From Balanoglossus misakiensis (Eukaryota > Animalia > Hemichordata): DNA of 64,000 nt. Position 1 is the first letter of the stretch, and each line of letters starts with the position of its first letter. Below are positions 23,724 to 36,919 of the stretch, piece after piece. The position numbers were made by a program, and so were the translations under genes. Under the pieces are notes generated by a model, which worked only from the letters and a program-made list of their open reading frames with translations, ran no database searches and was not told the DNA's origin. The DNA is taken from contig CM082577.2 of NCBI GenBank assembly GCA_040954595.2, positions 10,770,537 through 10,834,536 of the forward strand, written 5' to 3'.

Positions 23724-25880
23724 TTTTTTTTTTACACTTTATTGATTTTTACGACATTTTTTACAATATATAATCATTTTATGCACAACTGAATATGGTC
23801 AACCAATCAGACCAACTCTCTCAGAGACAACTTAGGTTGCAATCCAATCATTTTATGCAGATGTCACTCAAAGAATCAGCAGATAAACTCTTACAGATCG
23901 AAAACAAAATAGCTTACAATCCAACCATTTCATATTCAAGAGAGCAAAATCAACCAATCAGATAAAATTTTACAGAAAGAACGGATAACAATTCCAATTG
24001 TTTCATGTAAATGTGCGTGAATACAGTTAACGAATCCAGTTAACTCTTACATACAGCAGAGATTATAATCCAATCAAATCGTTTCAAAACAAACGTGTTT
24101 ATAAACACAATGTTTGACCTTAAATACTATATCATTGTTGCAAGTCAGGTATTTCAATGGGGTGGTCTCTAGTATTTTGAGGTCATCGACCAAAATCAGT
24201 TTCTATTTTCAAATAATGAGCAGAACACTGCAATCGTGCCAACCGAGAGGTAGCTTTCTAACCGACGTGATGCTTTAAATCTGTAAAATGTATATGACAG
24301 TTTTCAAGTTGTGCAAATTTCGCTAAACCAATTACATATACAATACAAAATCATTTTCTATTTTTAAATAATGAGCATAATACTTATATTCGTGGCAACA
24401 TTTTCATATGCGTATGAACTTTATCAACCGAGAGGTAGCTTTCTCGCCAACGTGATGTTTTAAATCTGTAAAATGTATATGAAAGTTTACATGTTGTGCA
24501 AATTACGCTAAACCAATTACATATACAATACAAAATCATTTTCTATTTTTAAATAATGAGCAGAATACCTTATATTCGTGGCAACATGTTCATATGCGTA
24601 TGAACTTTATCAACCGAGAGGTAGCTTTCTCGCCAACGTGATGTTTTAAATCTGTAAAATGTATATGAAAGTTTACATGTTGTGCAAATTTCGCTAAACC
24701 AATTACATATACAATACAAAATCATTTTCTATTTTTAAATAATGAGCAGAATACCTTATATTCGTGGCAACATGTTCATATGCGTATGAACTTTATCAAC
24801 CGAGAGGTAGCTTTCTCGCCAACGTGATGTTTTAAATCTGTAAAATGTATATGAAAGTTTACATGTTGTGCAAATTTCGCTAAACCAATTACATATACAA
24901 TACAAAATCATTTTCTATTTTTAAATAATGAGCAGAATACCTTATATTCGTGGCAACATGTTCATATGCGTATGAACTTTATCAACCGAGAGGTAGCTTT
25001 CTCGCCAACGTGATGTTTTAAATCTGTAAAATGTATATGAAAGTTTACATGTTGTGCAAATTTCGCTAAACCAATTACATGTACAATACAAAATCAATTT
25101 CAGGCTATTTCTAACTAGTGAGCAGAACACCATAATCGTGCCAACATTTTCATGTGCGTATGAACTTGAACAACCGACAGGTAGTTTACTCGCAAACGTG
25201 ATGGTTTAAATATGTAACATGTACTATGAAAGTTTACAAGTTGTACAAAAGTAAACCAATTACATGTACAATACAAAAAATATTTATGATTCCCCAATAA
25301 TGAATTCATAAAACAGTCCTCATAAAGTATTTTCTTGTTTGTTACATAATTATATATTCTTGTAGATAACATTGAAAAAAAGGAATATTTTAATGTGTTG
25401 TATCCATGTAGGGTTTGTTCTTATACCTGATTTATCAACGCGGTATATAGGAATTTATTTATTTTTGTGAAATACAAGTCATCTGAGTCGCCTAGCCCAA
25501 TGCATTGGACTTACAAGTCACCATTACATCGTACATTTACATACACTGTGTATACAGAGTAAGGGACAGTTCAAAAACAACTTTACTTTGGTAATTTAAG
25601 TGCAAAGACTCTGTCTTCGTTTATAAAACGCATTTTCCCACAAACATTGCAAATTGTCTAACTGGTCCGGCAAAGAGATACCTTATTTTTTTTCTTCATA
25701 TGACATTTCCTGTAGAATTTCGAGAATAGGACCGAGATGTAATTGTCGCAATTCAAAATAATGCGAACATTCAAATACAAAATGCATTTCGTCTTCAATG
25801 ACGCAATCATCGCAAAATCTACAAAGTCTTTCATTGACATGTTCACGTCTGAATCTTCCCGTTTCAATACGAACAGGTTG
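23724..25880 (-). mobile_element. 3' fragment of a LINE: ORF2 C-terminal Zn-finger, long 3' region and poly(A) tail
   Basis: RIETGRFRREHVNERLCRFCDDCVIEDEMHFVFECSHYFELR at ~25870-25740 is the typical LINE C-terminal CCHC region. Minus-strand AATAAAGTGT(A)10 ends at 23724. Joining both into one element is inference. Confidence 0.65.
24195..25280. repeat. Tandem array, ~186-bp unit, ~5-6 copies
   Basis: TCATTTTCTATTTTTAAATAATGAGC recurs at 24351, 24536, 24722, 24908. Central copies are near-identical and flanking copies diverged. Confidence 0.93.
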
Positions 25881-26900
25881 AATTATAACACATTTCTTTG
25901 GATATCTAGGCCTACTACTAGCCATCTTTATAAGTTTGACCCATTATTTTATCTTTTAGCTAAAAGTCAGTTATTTCAAACAAATAAGATGGTTTACAAC
26001 GTAGAAATACTTTACGGTAATAGAACTGATAAAGCCGACGATTGCTTTACTTTCTTTTCTTACATAAACATTGTAGCATTTTCTTTTGTGGCTTATTGTG
26101 TAATTTTTACTCAAAGATTATTGAAATTCCGTAAGCAACCATGCACTGGGAAATAAAATGAGCCTTTTTAAGTTTGTCAAATATTAAGTACAACTGCACA
26201 CCTCATATTGTGTTGCCGCAACCTAACCCTATTAACTTTACATTCCCTTTGGTAGGTGGTATTGTTTATTACCTGGGGCGTTATTTCCCCCCAAATTTTT
26301 TTTTTCTCGTGAACACGAGATACTAAGTCGTGAGCACGAGATATTAAGTCGTGAGCACACCAATGACAGGTCGATACCCTACAAAAAAGATTTTTTTTTT
26401 TTTTTTGGGGGGGGGGGGCACATCATCCGCCAATAGACGTGCACACAGGGTAGAATTCACGAGCAGACCATAGGCCTATGTGATGACCGCTCACAGTTTA
26501 CCAAATACACCACAAAAATAATCGATGAAATCCTCGCTTTGTTTTAAATTTCCTATGCCCCATACTCGAATTACAATTGATTGTAGACTTGCTCCAAGTC
26601 TATGGGCTTCATTATGTGTAGGGAACGCGTAGGCCCATAGACTTGTACACCTACCCGAAACCACAAGCTCAGTCCCAAAATTCGAAACTCACCTCACTAC
26701 CAAAAACACGCTCAAGGCAAGCATGCACGCAAAAAGTATTGAAATTACTTATTAAGACAAAATACCACCGAAAAAACAAAAAGTATTGAGATTTAAAATT
26801 CACCAATCGACTAGTGGGCTAGTCTAAATTGATTGATGAGAGGCAAAAGAGTGGACGTTGCAATTAGCAAAATCCATCGTGACAGTTGACATGCCCGCCT

Positions 26901-29900
26901 TTAGCCAGAACGCTTTGTGTTTGTGACAGAGTCTCCTTCGGTTTTACAACAAAGGCCCCGATACAGGCCGACTGTTCGCATGCGCAGCAGAAACGCGCCA
27001 AAAATGAAAACGCCCTGCAAGGTGTTGGCAAGAATGAAAACGTAATCCAAAACATCGGCCTGATAGAAGCCGTCCACAAAACCAATAATCCACGTCAGCC
27101 CCATAACAGTAGACATCTTGATAGAAAAGAGAACATGTTGAGCCGTGTACGATGTCTGTCGGTGCTTTTTCATTTCTCTCTCCGACGCTAACATGGAGAA
27201 CACGGTGTATATTAAGCAAACGACATTGAAAAGAACAATGAGGCTAACAGGACCGAGAAACGTGACAATCAAAGGCGTCAGCCGACCGATCCAACATACA
27301 GGACCCTCGCTGTAACCAACTCGGAAACCATACGGAGCAGTATGATCGATCACTGCGCAAGCTCCAACGAAAACAAATGGTAGCAACCAGGCATACAAAC
27401 AGTAGTACACAAAAATGTTGCTATTCCCCAAATCGGCGCGGGTCAGCTGTGTGCGCATGTACACGATGTCAAAGGCCATAACACTCATCCAACAGAATGC
27501 TGCAAGCCAAATGTAGTGCGATACAATAGCAGCTGTTTTGCACAGCCATGCAAACGTTGTCCAGTCTAAGACCGTGATGAACAGCAACTGTGCGATCAAA
27601 AGAGCTATGGCCAAGTTTAGTATAATCTTTCCTGGGCGAGTTCTCATCTGTTTGAAAAGAGAGATTGTGATGGTTGTGACAGAAAGACAGACTATGGACA
27701 GAATACAGCCAACAAGCGTTAACAGCTGTTTCAGTTTTGTTTTTGAGTTCTTGTTCCAAAACGTGGCCATTGTTTTCTTGGACTGGCATACGAAGGCTTG
27801 GGAACGGTCTTTCGATAGAACAAACTCTCCCTTTGGATAAACCGATGATTCAACTGAAAGAACGTTGTCGCTCACGCGGAAATTGCCTTCAGAAAATTTC
27901 AGAATAACTCCTTCTGTACAACTCATTATGAAATCCTCAACGTTTCCGTTCGGAGATTTGCACATTGTGACCGCTAGTTGTATTTCTGGTGAGGCTGGAC
28001 TGTTATGTGTGTAGTGACACGATTTCGATACAAATAATTGGGAGCTGTACTTCCATGTTACATTAGCCACTAAGTCTTCATTTACAGTCATGTTGGTGTA
28101 CTTAAATGTGCGACTCTCAAATGTGACTTGTTCGGTTTTGTTGCTACAACCGGGTTTCAACATTTCAAAAGTGACCGACCTGACGACAAAGCCCGCCGTC
28201 AGCAACTCTGAGCCGACTTGAAACCAGGTTGCCGCACACGCTGTCGGGAGAAAATCACCGGTAAAATTTGATTCAACGTGAACTACAAGAGACACAGTTA
28301 CAAGTAGATCATCAAAATCCTCCGTTCTGTCACAATTGTAATGCGAGTTGGAAATGTTGTGTGCGTAAATAACAGACAGATTTCGTATCAGTGACGTCAC
28401 CGTGTTTTCGAGGTGGAACAAATCGCACGCTTCCACTTCCGATGGCAAGGAAACGCGGAAAATGAGCAAAATTGCGGGATGTTTATCGTGAGCTGGCGTT
28501 ACAAAGGAGTCGTTAAGCTCTGCCCGTTCTGACAAGGGATTCTTTTTCAATTCCGTTACCATGCCTAAGTTGTCGTTATCAAAAATGGGTCTGAGAACAC
28601 ATTTCCCTTGGAGCATATCATAGATTTGGTCTTGTTCGCAATACCATTGCTCTTGAACACGAGTCTTCCTTGATGTAGACAGTCCATGTTCTCCCTGTGC
28701 GTTGAAGTCAAACAGTATATCGAAGGTAGGGACCCGTCCCCTGATTATCTTATCCAGTGGCGGTAAGCCGCATTCTATATCCGGAGGATATATTTCAACG
28801 TCGTTGCATATTGCACAATGTATGTTCTTGTAATACTCCGTTGCTCTACCTCTCCTACCTACTATTACTACCTCAACGACCGCTAAATAACTGCGACACA
28901 GATCAACAACTGTGTCGTTGTGGTAATCAGCGGGGCAGGTGTCGGTGGGCCTGTGACATTCAGTTACACCGTGCCTGAGATTGGCATCGATAAACGGCAT
29001 CATTGAACACGATTGCGACGACCTCGCGAAGGAGATAATAGAGGAAATATTAGCCGGGGAATCTTCCGCCACTGGTACCGTGCACTTCCACTGTAACGAC
29101 GAAAAGTGCAGGCTCGATTCATTCACACCATTACAAATAGCGCAGTAGATGTTGTCGTACACCACTTCGCCGACAGAATCAATCATTGGAGTCATATCCA
29201 AAATGGCCGCATCTGTCAAAAAAATGCAAAATACATTTTACGCTGTTAGCAAGGCCCGTGAATCGGAATTAGAATGTTTCTATTCGATTTGAATCCCCCA
29301 AACTGTATCACAGAAGAACTCTTGTCTTGCTGAACTCTCGTAACGTCAGAGGGTTTCTTTTTTATTCTACTTTGTACACCCTTTTCATAAGTCTAGCGCC
29401 CTCATGCAGCCATCATGAATTTGAACTCAAAGCGAGGCCAACAGGGAAAGCTGACCAATCACATCAAGGGGATTTCCCTATTAGTCTCGCTTTGAGTTCA
29501 AATTCATGATGATTGTGTGAGGGCGCTAGACTTATGAAAAGGGTGTATTGCAAAGGCCAACATTTCAGTGCCGCCCTTCTCCCCGTATGCATGTGCTATC
29601 CCCTGGGTCGGCGGGGAAATTCGTACACAAACTTAGCACACATTTAATGTATATCGAGAAAGTCTGCTAGGGGAGGAAAAGAGATGTTATTAGTTGTGAT
29701 TCACGTAATAATTACGTGGCGATTTCAATCCTCCATAAATTCAACTCAGATGTAGTATACCATGTGAGACGACAACGTCAAGACCGCACATGTTGGTAAA
29801 AAAACAACAAAGATGCCACAATGACATCAGTGATTGTAAAGAACAACTACTGAATCGTTTCGGAAACGTTGTCAGTTTCACCAGGTGAAATCTAATCTAA

Positions 29901-31138
29901 TCTAATATAAACCAATCTTTATATCTAGTCAGATCTTATCTAAGAATCATGGGTATCACCTATGCACAGTTCTGACACCACGAGAACAGTTTAAAAACTG
30001 ATTAAGCAACGAATCAGAGAAGATTGGATTATAACACCTTCACGTAAGAAAATCTTTTTAATGTTTTAGCAATAAATAGTGAGGAAATATTGGGGGAATG
30101 TGCTAGGGTCAGTCATCTTAACGGAAATGTCACGTGATCGCTCTATAAACGAACAGACCGACACTTGATGTCTCCTCTGTTGGTTGCGATCGGTGGACGT
30201 GATTGGCGGGCACCTCTCACGTGTATCGTCTGGATGATTTGCAAAGCAGAGTCGAAAAGGACAAACTGACAAATAGTGACAGAAGTAAGATGTGTCTTAC
30301 CACTGGCGGTTTCGCACTGTTGTCGGATATTCTCGTGTGGCCAGTCTCTGGGACATTTGTGCGTCACCATGACGTCATACCCCCCGCCGGTAGCGCGCAT
30401 ACAATACTCTGGCACCCATATTTCATCCGGCTCAGGCACCTGTCTACTGTCACCAAAGCATCTGTCTATGTAATCGTGACAGCAGTCTTCGCGCACTAAG
30501 CATTCAGGCTCACAGCTACACATTATATTGTCATGTTCTCTTAGTTTCACGGTGGCGGTTCCGTTGCAAACAAGGCCCCTCGGCGTGAGGCACGAGTCCA
30601 TACGAAATCCCGTGTTCGGATAACGGCACTGCAGTGACTCTGCATCCAAATAATAATTGAAAGGAGCTAGAGTTGGCGCGGCTGTGCTGCTTGACGTCAC
30701 TGGCCGCGGTGGGGAACGTGTCACTGATGATGTCATTTGTTTTGTCATTAAAGTGTTGGTTTCTTCTTCAGACCCTGATTGAGTGGTTGTTGCCAGAGGT
30801 CGTCGCCCGTGGTCGAAAGAGGAGTCCTCGGACTGTGTCGACTGCAATGTAGGACGACCTGTCGCTAGACCCGAGCTTACGCCGGGCTGGGGTGTAGTGC
30901 TTAGGAGAGATGTCGGTACGGTCTTCGTGATTCTTGGGGTCTGTCGAGATGATTTTGTCAAAGACGCACTGCTCGTGAAGTCCCCGTGGTTCTTGTTCGT
31001 CATTCCAGTGGATCTCGAGGGCGTCGTTCCATAGCCCGTACCAGTTGTACGCGTCCACACCATCATCGCATCTCCACTGATGATTAAAACCAAGCAGCAA
31101 AAACACCAAACCGCTTTCATCGTGTACGCGTCGATCAT
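26901..31138 (-). CDS. Class B/adhesion-like (Methuselah-like) 7TM receptor with signal peptide, Ser/Thr mucin stalk, somatomedin-B and Cys-rich ectodomain; 2 exons, ~1049 aa
   Basis: Exon 31138-30301 (donor AGTG/gtaaga, phase 1) splices in frame to exon 29212-26901 (ttgacag/AT). MKAVWCFCCLVLIISGDA signal; S/T-rich tract; SMB CSCEPECLVREDCCHDY; two YxNxxCAICN repeats; 7TM with GCILSIVCL, HYIWLAAFCWM, YAWLLP, CWI, MGLTW, NTLQGVFIF. Confidence 0.88.
29377..29545. mobile_element. Foldback MITE with TA TSD in the receptor intron
   Basis: ta|CACCCTTTTCATAAGTCTAGCGCCCTCA...ATCATGAATTTGAACTCAAAGCGAG mirrored by CTCGCTTTGAGTTCAAATTCATGAT...TGAGGGCGCTAGACTTATGAAAAGGGTG|ta. Confidence 0.85.
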
Positions 31139-31517
31139 TCAATCTGGAATAACACCCAGAAGGAAGGAATTAAAAAAATAAGGCAAAATTGACTTCGGTG
31201 ATTTCTGAGCCAATGCACACCCGGCTCAAAATCACACCAAACCCTAAACACGTATATAGAGCGACTCGATGTCCGAAATCGGGTATAATATATGCTATAC
31301 ATAAAATGCACGTAAAACTCATGAAAGTGAGCTATCAATACTATGCACACATAAACATATCAAGACATCAAAGTATACGTTTTACTATTAACACATTCCG
31401 AATTAATTTCGGAATTCCGGGCAAATTTTCGGAATTTTATTTTAATGAATTTAAATCACTGCGTTATTCCATTTATGCAGATCACTTGCTTGAAATACAC
31501 AATTCTATTAGCGCAAA

Positions 31518-32067
31518 TGTCACGATTGAGTTTTAACGATCATAGATCTTGTTTATGATTAAGTAAGAAGTCATTCACTTGTATGGTTTTAGTCCAGTAT
31601 TGACATAGGTACTTGACCCAGAGTAAACAAGATTGTGTAATTGATACATGTCAGAAGGAGATAGAGATATCACGCGCTAAGTTCAAGTTTAAGAAATATT
31701 AAGATGACGTGTTCCTTTTATGACTTAATACTTGACTAACGTATTAATAAGGTGTGGTGAAATTTGGGATCACACGATTATAACGGGAGATCCGTGATGG
31801 GAGTCAACGAGCATGGATCGAGTCGTGTAATTCTTACGTATGACCAGTAATAAACCAGAACTTTGTGTTACTCGGAAAACTTGTTGCAAGTCTCTGTCTA
31901 CGAAAGGTTTACGATCTGCCGGGTACCTCTCTCGGACTTTATGAATATGTTGGGTGGAGAAGGAGATGGAGAGAAGGTACGCCGTCAGCCTTCGGACGTG
32001 GCTGATTCCCCACAGAAGCGTCCGAAGGAGGTGAGCGTCCGAAGGGAGGACGGCCGCGCCCGTAACA
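31518..32067 (+). repeat. 5' LTR
   Basis: Near-identical to 33172-33721; I saw one A/G difference (~31840 vs ~33494). Contains AATAAA near 31849. Confidence 0.92.
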
Positions 32068-33171
32068 ACATGGTGTTAGAATCCGGGTAGGCAGAGATGT
32101 TGCAACTGATTCCTGAACCGAGAAAGAAGTAAGAAGAGAAAAAGCTGGCGAAACTGACGATCCAATGGTCTGCTTCAGAAGGAAACGAGAACAGAAAAAA
32201 GGTTGGTGCTGACTGTTGACTGCATGGAATGCGTGGACGGGTTTTCAACGATGGATCTGTTGTTTGATCAGAGGGGCGTCTATCCAGAAGCATGTAGTTG
32301 AAGCAGTTCGGGCGACGAAGAAAAGAGGTCTCGTGGAATGAAGAAGGGAAGACTCTTGAATCGTCTGCTATCGCAAAAGAACTGTGATAGAATGACATTG
32401 AACTGAATAATCAGCCTTTTTAATCTATAGTTTGGGAGATTTGATCATTGAAATATTGCGTGATCGTATTTTCTTTGTCTACTCTGATGACGTGAGTTAG
32501 TAGACGTGAGTTGACTGACCGTTATTTAACCGCTTTTGATTTGATATTGTTTTCCACCAAGTTTTTGCCTTGTTATCGACATTGTAAATGTGTATTCTTT
32601 TGTTGAAGTGATGCCGTGAAATGTAGTGAAGTTTTATAGGTTTTTGAGGAGTTGTTGAAGTTTTTGTGATGACCGCAAGAGAGACGGTCTGGCGTATGAA
32701 AATGGCCCTTTGAGTTGGCATGTGAGTTCATACGAGGGACAAGAGAGAAGTCCCAGAGTGTAGTTGAAGTTAAGCGTGATTTTATTGTAGTCTTACGCAT
32801 CCTTTCACATAAGAATTCGTTTCCATTGTCGTGGTTATTTTTGAACGTGACAGTATGATGAAGTGTATTATGTTTGTACGAAAGAACTATCAGACTTGAT
32901 TTTTTACGCGGTTATTGACTGTTGAATTTTGCACTGGAAAAGAGACACTCTTTGACGAGAAGTCAGAACAGTGAAGTCGTTTTGAATTTTGACATTGAAA
33001 ACGTTTTATGCGATTTTCTTCAATTTGTTTGAACAGGCTGTGATATTTTAAAGGTGATTATTGAGTTTGATTTTGACGTAGTTTATTTAAAACCGATAGC
33101 GCAGACCTGGTTTTCGTTTTCATTCTTTCTTTGATCGAACGTGGAAGTTCGATTATTGGAAAAGTGGGAAG

Positions 33172-33721
33172 TGTCACGATTGAGTTTTAACGATCATAGA
33201 TCTTGTTTATGATTAAGTAAGAAGTCATTCACTTGTATGGTTTTAGTCCAGTATTGACATAGGTACTTGACCCAGAGTAAACAAGATTGTGTAATTGATA
33301 CATGTCAGAAGGAGATAGAGATATCACGCGCTAAGTTCAAGTTTAAGAAATATTAAGATGACGTGTTCCTTTTATGACTTAATACTTGACTAACGTATTA
33401 ATAAGGTGTGGTGAAATTTGGGATCACACGATTATAACGGGAGATCCGTGATGGGAGTCAACGAGCATGGATCGAGTCGTGTAATTCTTACGTGTGACCA
33501 GTAATAAACCAGAACTTTGTGTTACTCGGAAAACTTGTTGCAAGTCTCTGTCTACGAAAGGTTTACGATCTGCCGGGTACCTCTCTCGGACTTTATGAAT
33601 ATGTTGGGTGGAGAAGGAGATGGAGAGAAGGTACGCCGTCAGCCTTCGGACGTGGCTGATTCCCCACAGAAGCGTCCGAAGGAGGTGAGCGTCCGAAGGG
33701 AGGACGGCCGCGCCCGTAACA
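33172..33721 (+). repeat. 3' LTR
   Basis: Direct repeat of 31518-32067, preceded by a polypurine tract and followed by TSD CAAA. Confidence 0.92.
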
Positions 33722-33970
33722 CAAATAGCAAACGTTTTTGGACATTCGTAAACAGCAAGCATAACGCAAGGTCATCTCCATCTACTGTTACTTTTTACAA
33801 AGGGTCCTCGGCTGAGAATTGGAAAGATATTGCTGAGTTTTTTAACCAGTATTTTCAATCTATTTTTTTTACTAAAGATGAGGTGACAGATATGCCAGAA
33901 AGTCTTCAGTACCCATGCAATGTTCTTAACATCTTCACGATATCAGTTGATCAAGCGCTTGCTGCATTAA

Positions 33971-35446
33971 AGGGACAAAGTCTCTCTCTCGCTGCCCTTT
34001 CCCCATTAATTATGTTTGATTCATAACACCGTTTATGTTATTCTACATGTGTATATGTAGTCAATGAACGTTCAACCATACAAATACAAAAATACAAATA
34101 CACAATGCTTTATTTGCATAATTACATTTACTTCTATACCTGTGTTCAAAGTACATTTCATTTAGATAGATTAATTGTTATGTTAATTGAAAGCGAACTG
34201 GATATGCGACAGTCTCCGGATCAGTTTTGTCTACTGACGTACAAAGCTAATGTCTTGGTGGCTCTCGAGAGTCTTCATAACATGATAAAGTATAAAATAG
34301 ACAAAAATCAATTCACCAGAAACAAACTAACGTTGCAATAAATTCACTACAAATTTCTAGAAAATTATACCAAATCACATTATCCCCAGATTTGCTTGTA
34401 TTACTCTAATCCGATTCTTCACTTCGATTTTGCTTCACTACCGACATGTAACAAGGTTGGCGGTTTTACTATTTAACAAAACCCGCGTACCTTGCAAAAT
34501 TCTGCTTACTTTTTGTTGCTGTTCACCAGATGTGCGTTTGTAATGTCGGACGGCTTCACTTCGGTATCAAGTCTTTTCGCAGATGAGTTACTCACCAATA
34601 TCGCTACCATACAGACGCGTTGCCGCTGTGGCGATCGTAGAGATTGGTTCGTTCAAAAGCCAGGGAGGCCAATACACAGACGGGCAGTAGTACCATGTAA
34701 AGCATTGTGACCCAGTTTTTGCTTTACCAACATGCAGCCGCTTGTTTTCGCAGATGATATAGATCGGAACTATCTTCAGATCGATTTCATGGACATTTGA
34801 AGGAAAATAAACTACAAACGTGACACTTAGGCCTACTGCATTTGGCCTAGAAAATTTTCGCGTAAGCTTACCATGTGCACGCAAAACCCCAATAGCTGTA
34901 ACCCCTTCCAAAATACACTACGTAACACACCTGTAAAGTTTAATTTGATGCAAATTGAAGTTTGAAATTAGCATATTACTCCGACACGTAAGCATGAACA
35001 TTTAGAGTAACACCTGTCAAGCGTGGGCGATCTTGTAAGGCCCAGCAGGGCGGTCTAGAACTACCTGCCCACGACATGATTCATTTATAGGAAGAGGGGT
35101 GGCTAACCAAATTTCACAGTCAGCAATGAAGAATAAGCCTCCTTTGATACAATTTTGTTCGTTCATTTATTGAATCGTTGTGTAAAACGACGTCTTTATG
35201 GTACACAAAGCTCCAATGGTGATAATGTCTGTGGGGGATCGTGGTTTAAGTTAGAGAAACACCTCCCCTTCGGTGGTTCTTGGTTTCCAATCGCCTCGGG
35301 GCTGCGGCCCTCGGCGATTCGAAACCAAGAACCACCGAAGGGGAGGGGGTTCTCTATTACATATCCAAATGTAGAATAACATGAACGGTGTCTTGTATCA
35401 CACATAATTAATGGATAAAGGGCAGCGAGAGAGAGACTTTGTCCCT
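33971..35446. mobile_element. Non-autonomous TIR DNA transposon with TTAA target duplication (Kolobok-like)
   Basis: ttaa|AGGGACAAAGTCTCTCTCTCGCTGCCC ... GGGCAGCGAGAGAGAGACTTTGTCCCT|ttaa. It interrupts the LINE ORF cleanly and has no transposase ORF. RR termini plus TTAA TSD fit Kolobok. Confidence 0.85.
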
Positions 35447-36919
35447 TTAAAGAAGACTGATCCTACAAAAGCGTGTGGTCCTGATGGCATATCAGGAGTT
35501 ATTTTAAAGAAATGCGCCGAGCAACTGTCTATTCCTCTCACAGTAATTGTTAATAAGTCCTTACAACACGGTGTCTGACCATCTATGTTCAAGCGGGCAA
35601 ACGTTGTCCCTATTTTAAAAGCTGGGGGATCGAAATGAGGCTGGCAATTACAGGCCAATCTCACTTTTACCGCTATTCAGTAAGATTTTTAAAAAGCTCA
35701 TTTACAACAATATTTTTAATCATGTTAAATCTGTTATCAGTGATAGTCAACATGGGTTTGTCAGTGGCCGTTCGACAGCCACCAATCTTATTTCCTATAC
35801 ACCAGTTATATTAATTCAGTTGTGGACAGAGGAGGGCTCATATGGCTTTGGTGGCAATTCATTAACCTGGCTCTCCACATATCTAAATGGCAGATTTCAA
35901 AGGGTAGCTTTTGACGGGGAACTGTCATCATGGAGACATGTAACATCAGGTGTACCCCCAAGGATCTATTTTGGGTCCTCTATACTCTTTGTACTTTATA
36001 TTAATGACATGTCTGAATGTTTGAGTTCTGCTAATTTATCTCTGTATGCTGACGATTCTAAATTATTTATGCCGATTTCTGATATGTCTGATTGCAACGA
36101 GATATCAACCAAGTTGATATCCCAAATGGAAGTTATCATTAAATATTAAAAAGTGTTCCTGTATTTCGTTCACTTTAAGGCAAAATGTCAACATATTTCC
36201 TTACAGGTGTGGTAAACAGTCAGTTTTGAATCGTACAGACTTTGTAAAAGACCTTGGTGTATTTTTAACATGCAAACTCAACTGGAGTATGCACATAAAT
36301 CATGTTGTTTCAAAGGATTTTAAAATGCTTGGATTTATCAAGCGTGATTGTAAATATTTTAACAGTATATAAGTTTTAAGAACATTACTAGTATATATCT
36401 CCTTTGTCAGAAGCCACGTTGAATGTTGCTCACCCATTTGGTCGCATTATCAAACATATTTAATTCGGAAACTTGAAAAGAGTCCAAATACAGCTCATCC
36501 TATATAATATCTCTGCTTGCGTACATCAGTGGCTTATTCAAGGGAGTGTATAATAATTTATGTTATAAATTCCGCCTGCCTACAACACTTCAGGACAGGC
36601 GTAAATTTGTAGACACAATGTTTCTTTTTAAAATCCTGCAATCTTACTATAGAGTACCCGATGTGCTTGCACAAATCAATTTTAACATTCCTGTTTTTAC
36701 TTTGAGACGGACTAATCTTTTTAGAATAGTATCATCACGTACGAATGTCTTGAAACACTCATTTTTATCGCGATCCCAGACTTATTTTAATTCTATCTGT
36801 CACAAGGAAAATGTTGATATATTTGGTAACTATACCACTGTTCGATATGCTTTATACAACTCCTTTTTACTGAATGATTTTTTTTAAATAATGTTTTTGC
36901 GTCAATGTCTTGTCATTAA

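Larger units (their letters stand above)
31518..33721 (+). mobile_element. Non-autonomous LTR retrotransposon (Gypsy-like termini; TRIM/LARD-type), intact
   Basis: Two 550-bp direct repeats 31518-32067 and 33172-33721 with TGTCACG...CGTAACA ends; 4-bp TSD CAAA on both sides; PBS TGGTGTTAGAA at 32071; purine tract GGAAAAGTGGGAAG before the 3' LTR; 1104-bp interior with no recognisable gag/pol. Confidence 0.92.

Noticed and set aside
24195-25280. Regular repeat array as a possible CRISPR
   Set aside because: Whole 186-bp units repeat with no unique spacers; there are no cas genes and the context is eukaryotic.
30066-30300. Apparent frameshift or extension of the receptor N-terminal ORF
   Set aside because: Explained by a canonical donor at 30300 splicing in phase to 29212; the extension is intronic read-through.
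32071-32086. tRNA-like sequence
   Set aside because: Only a primer-binding site complementary to a tRNA 3' end; no cloverleaf.
33517-34026. 169-aa ORF as a novel gene
   Set aside because: Chance fusion of LTR sequence, a LINE ORF2 fragment and a TIR end.
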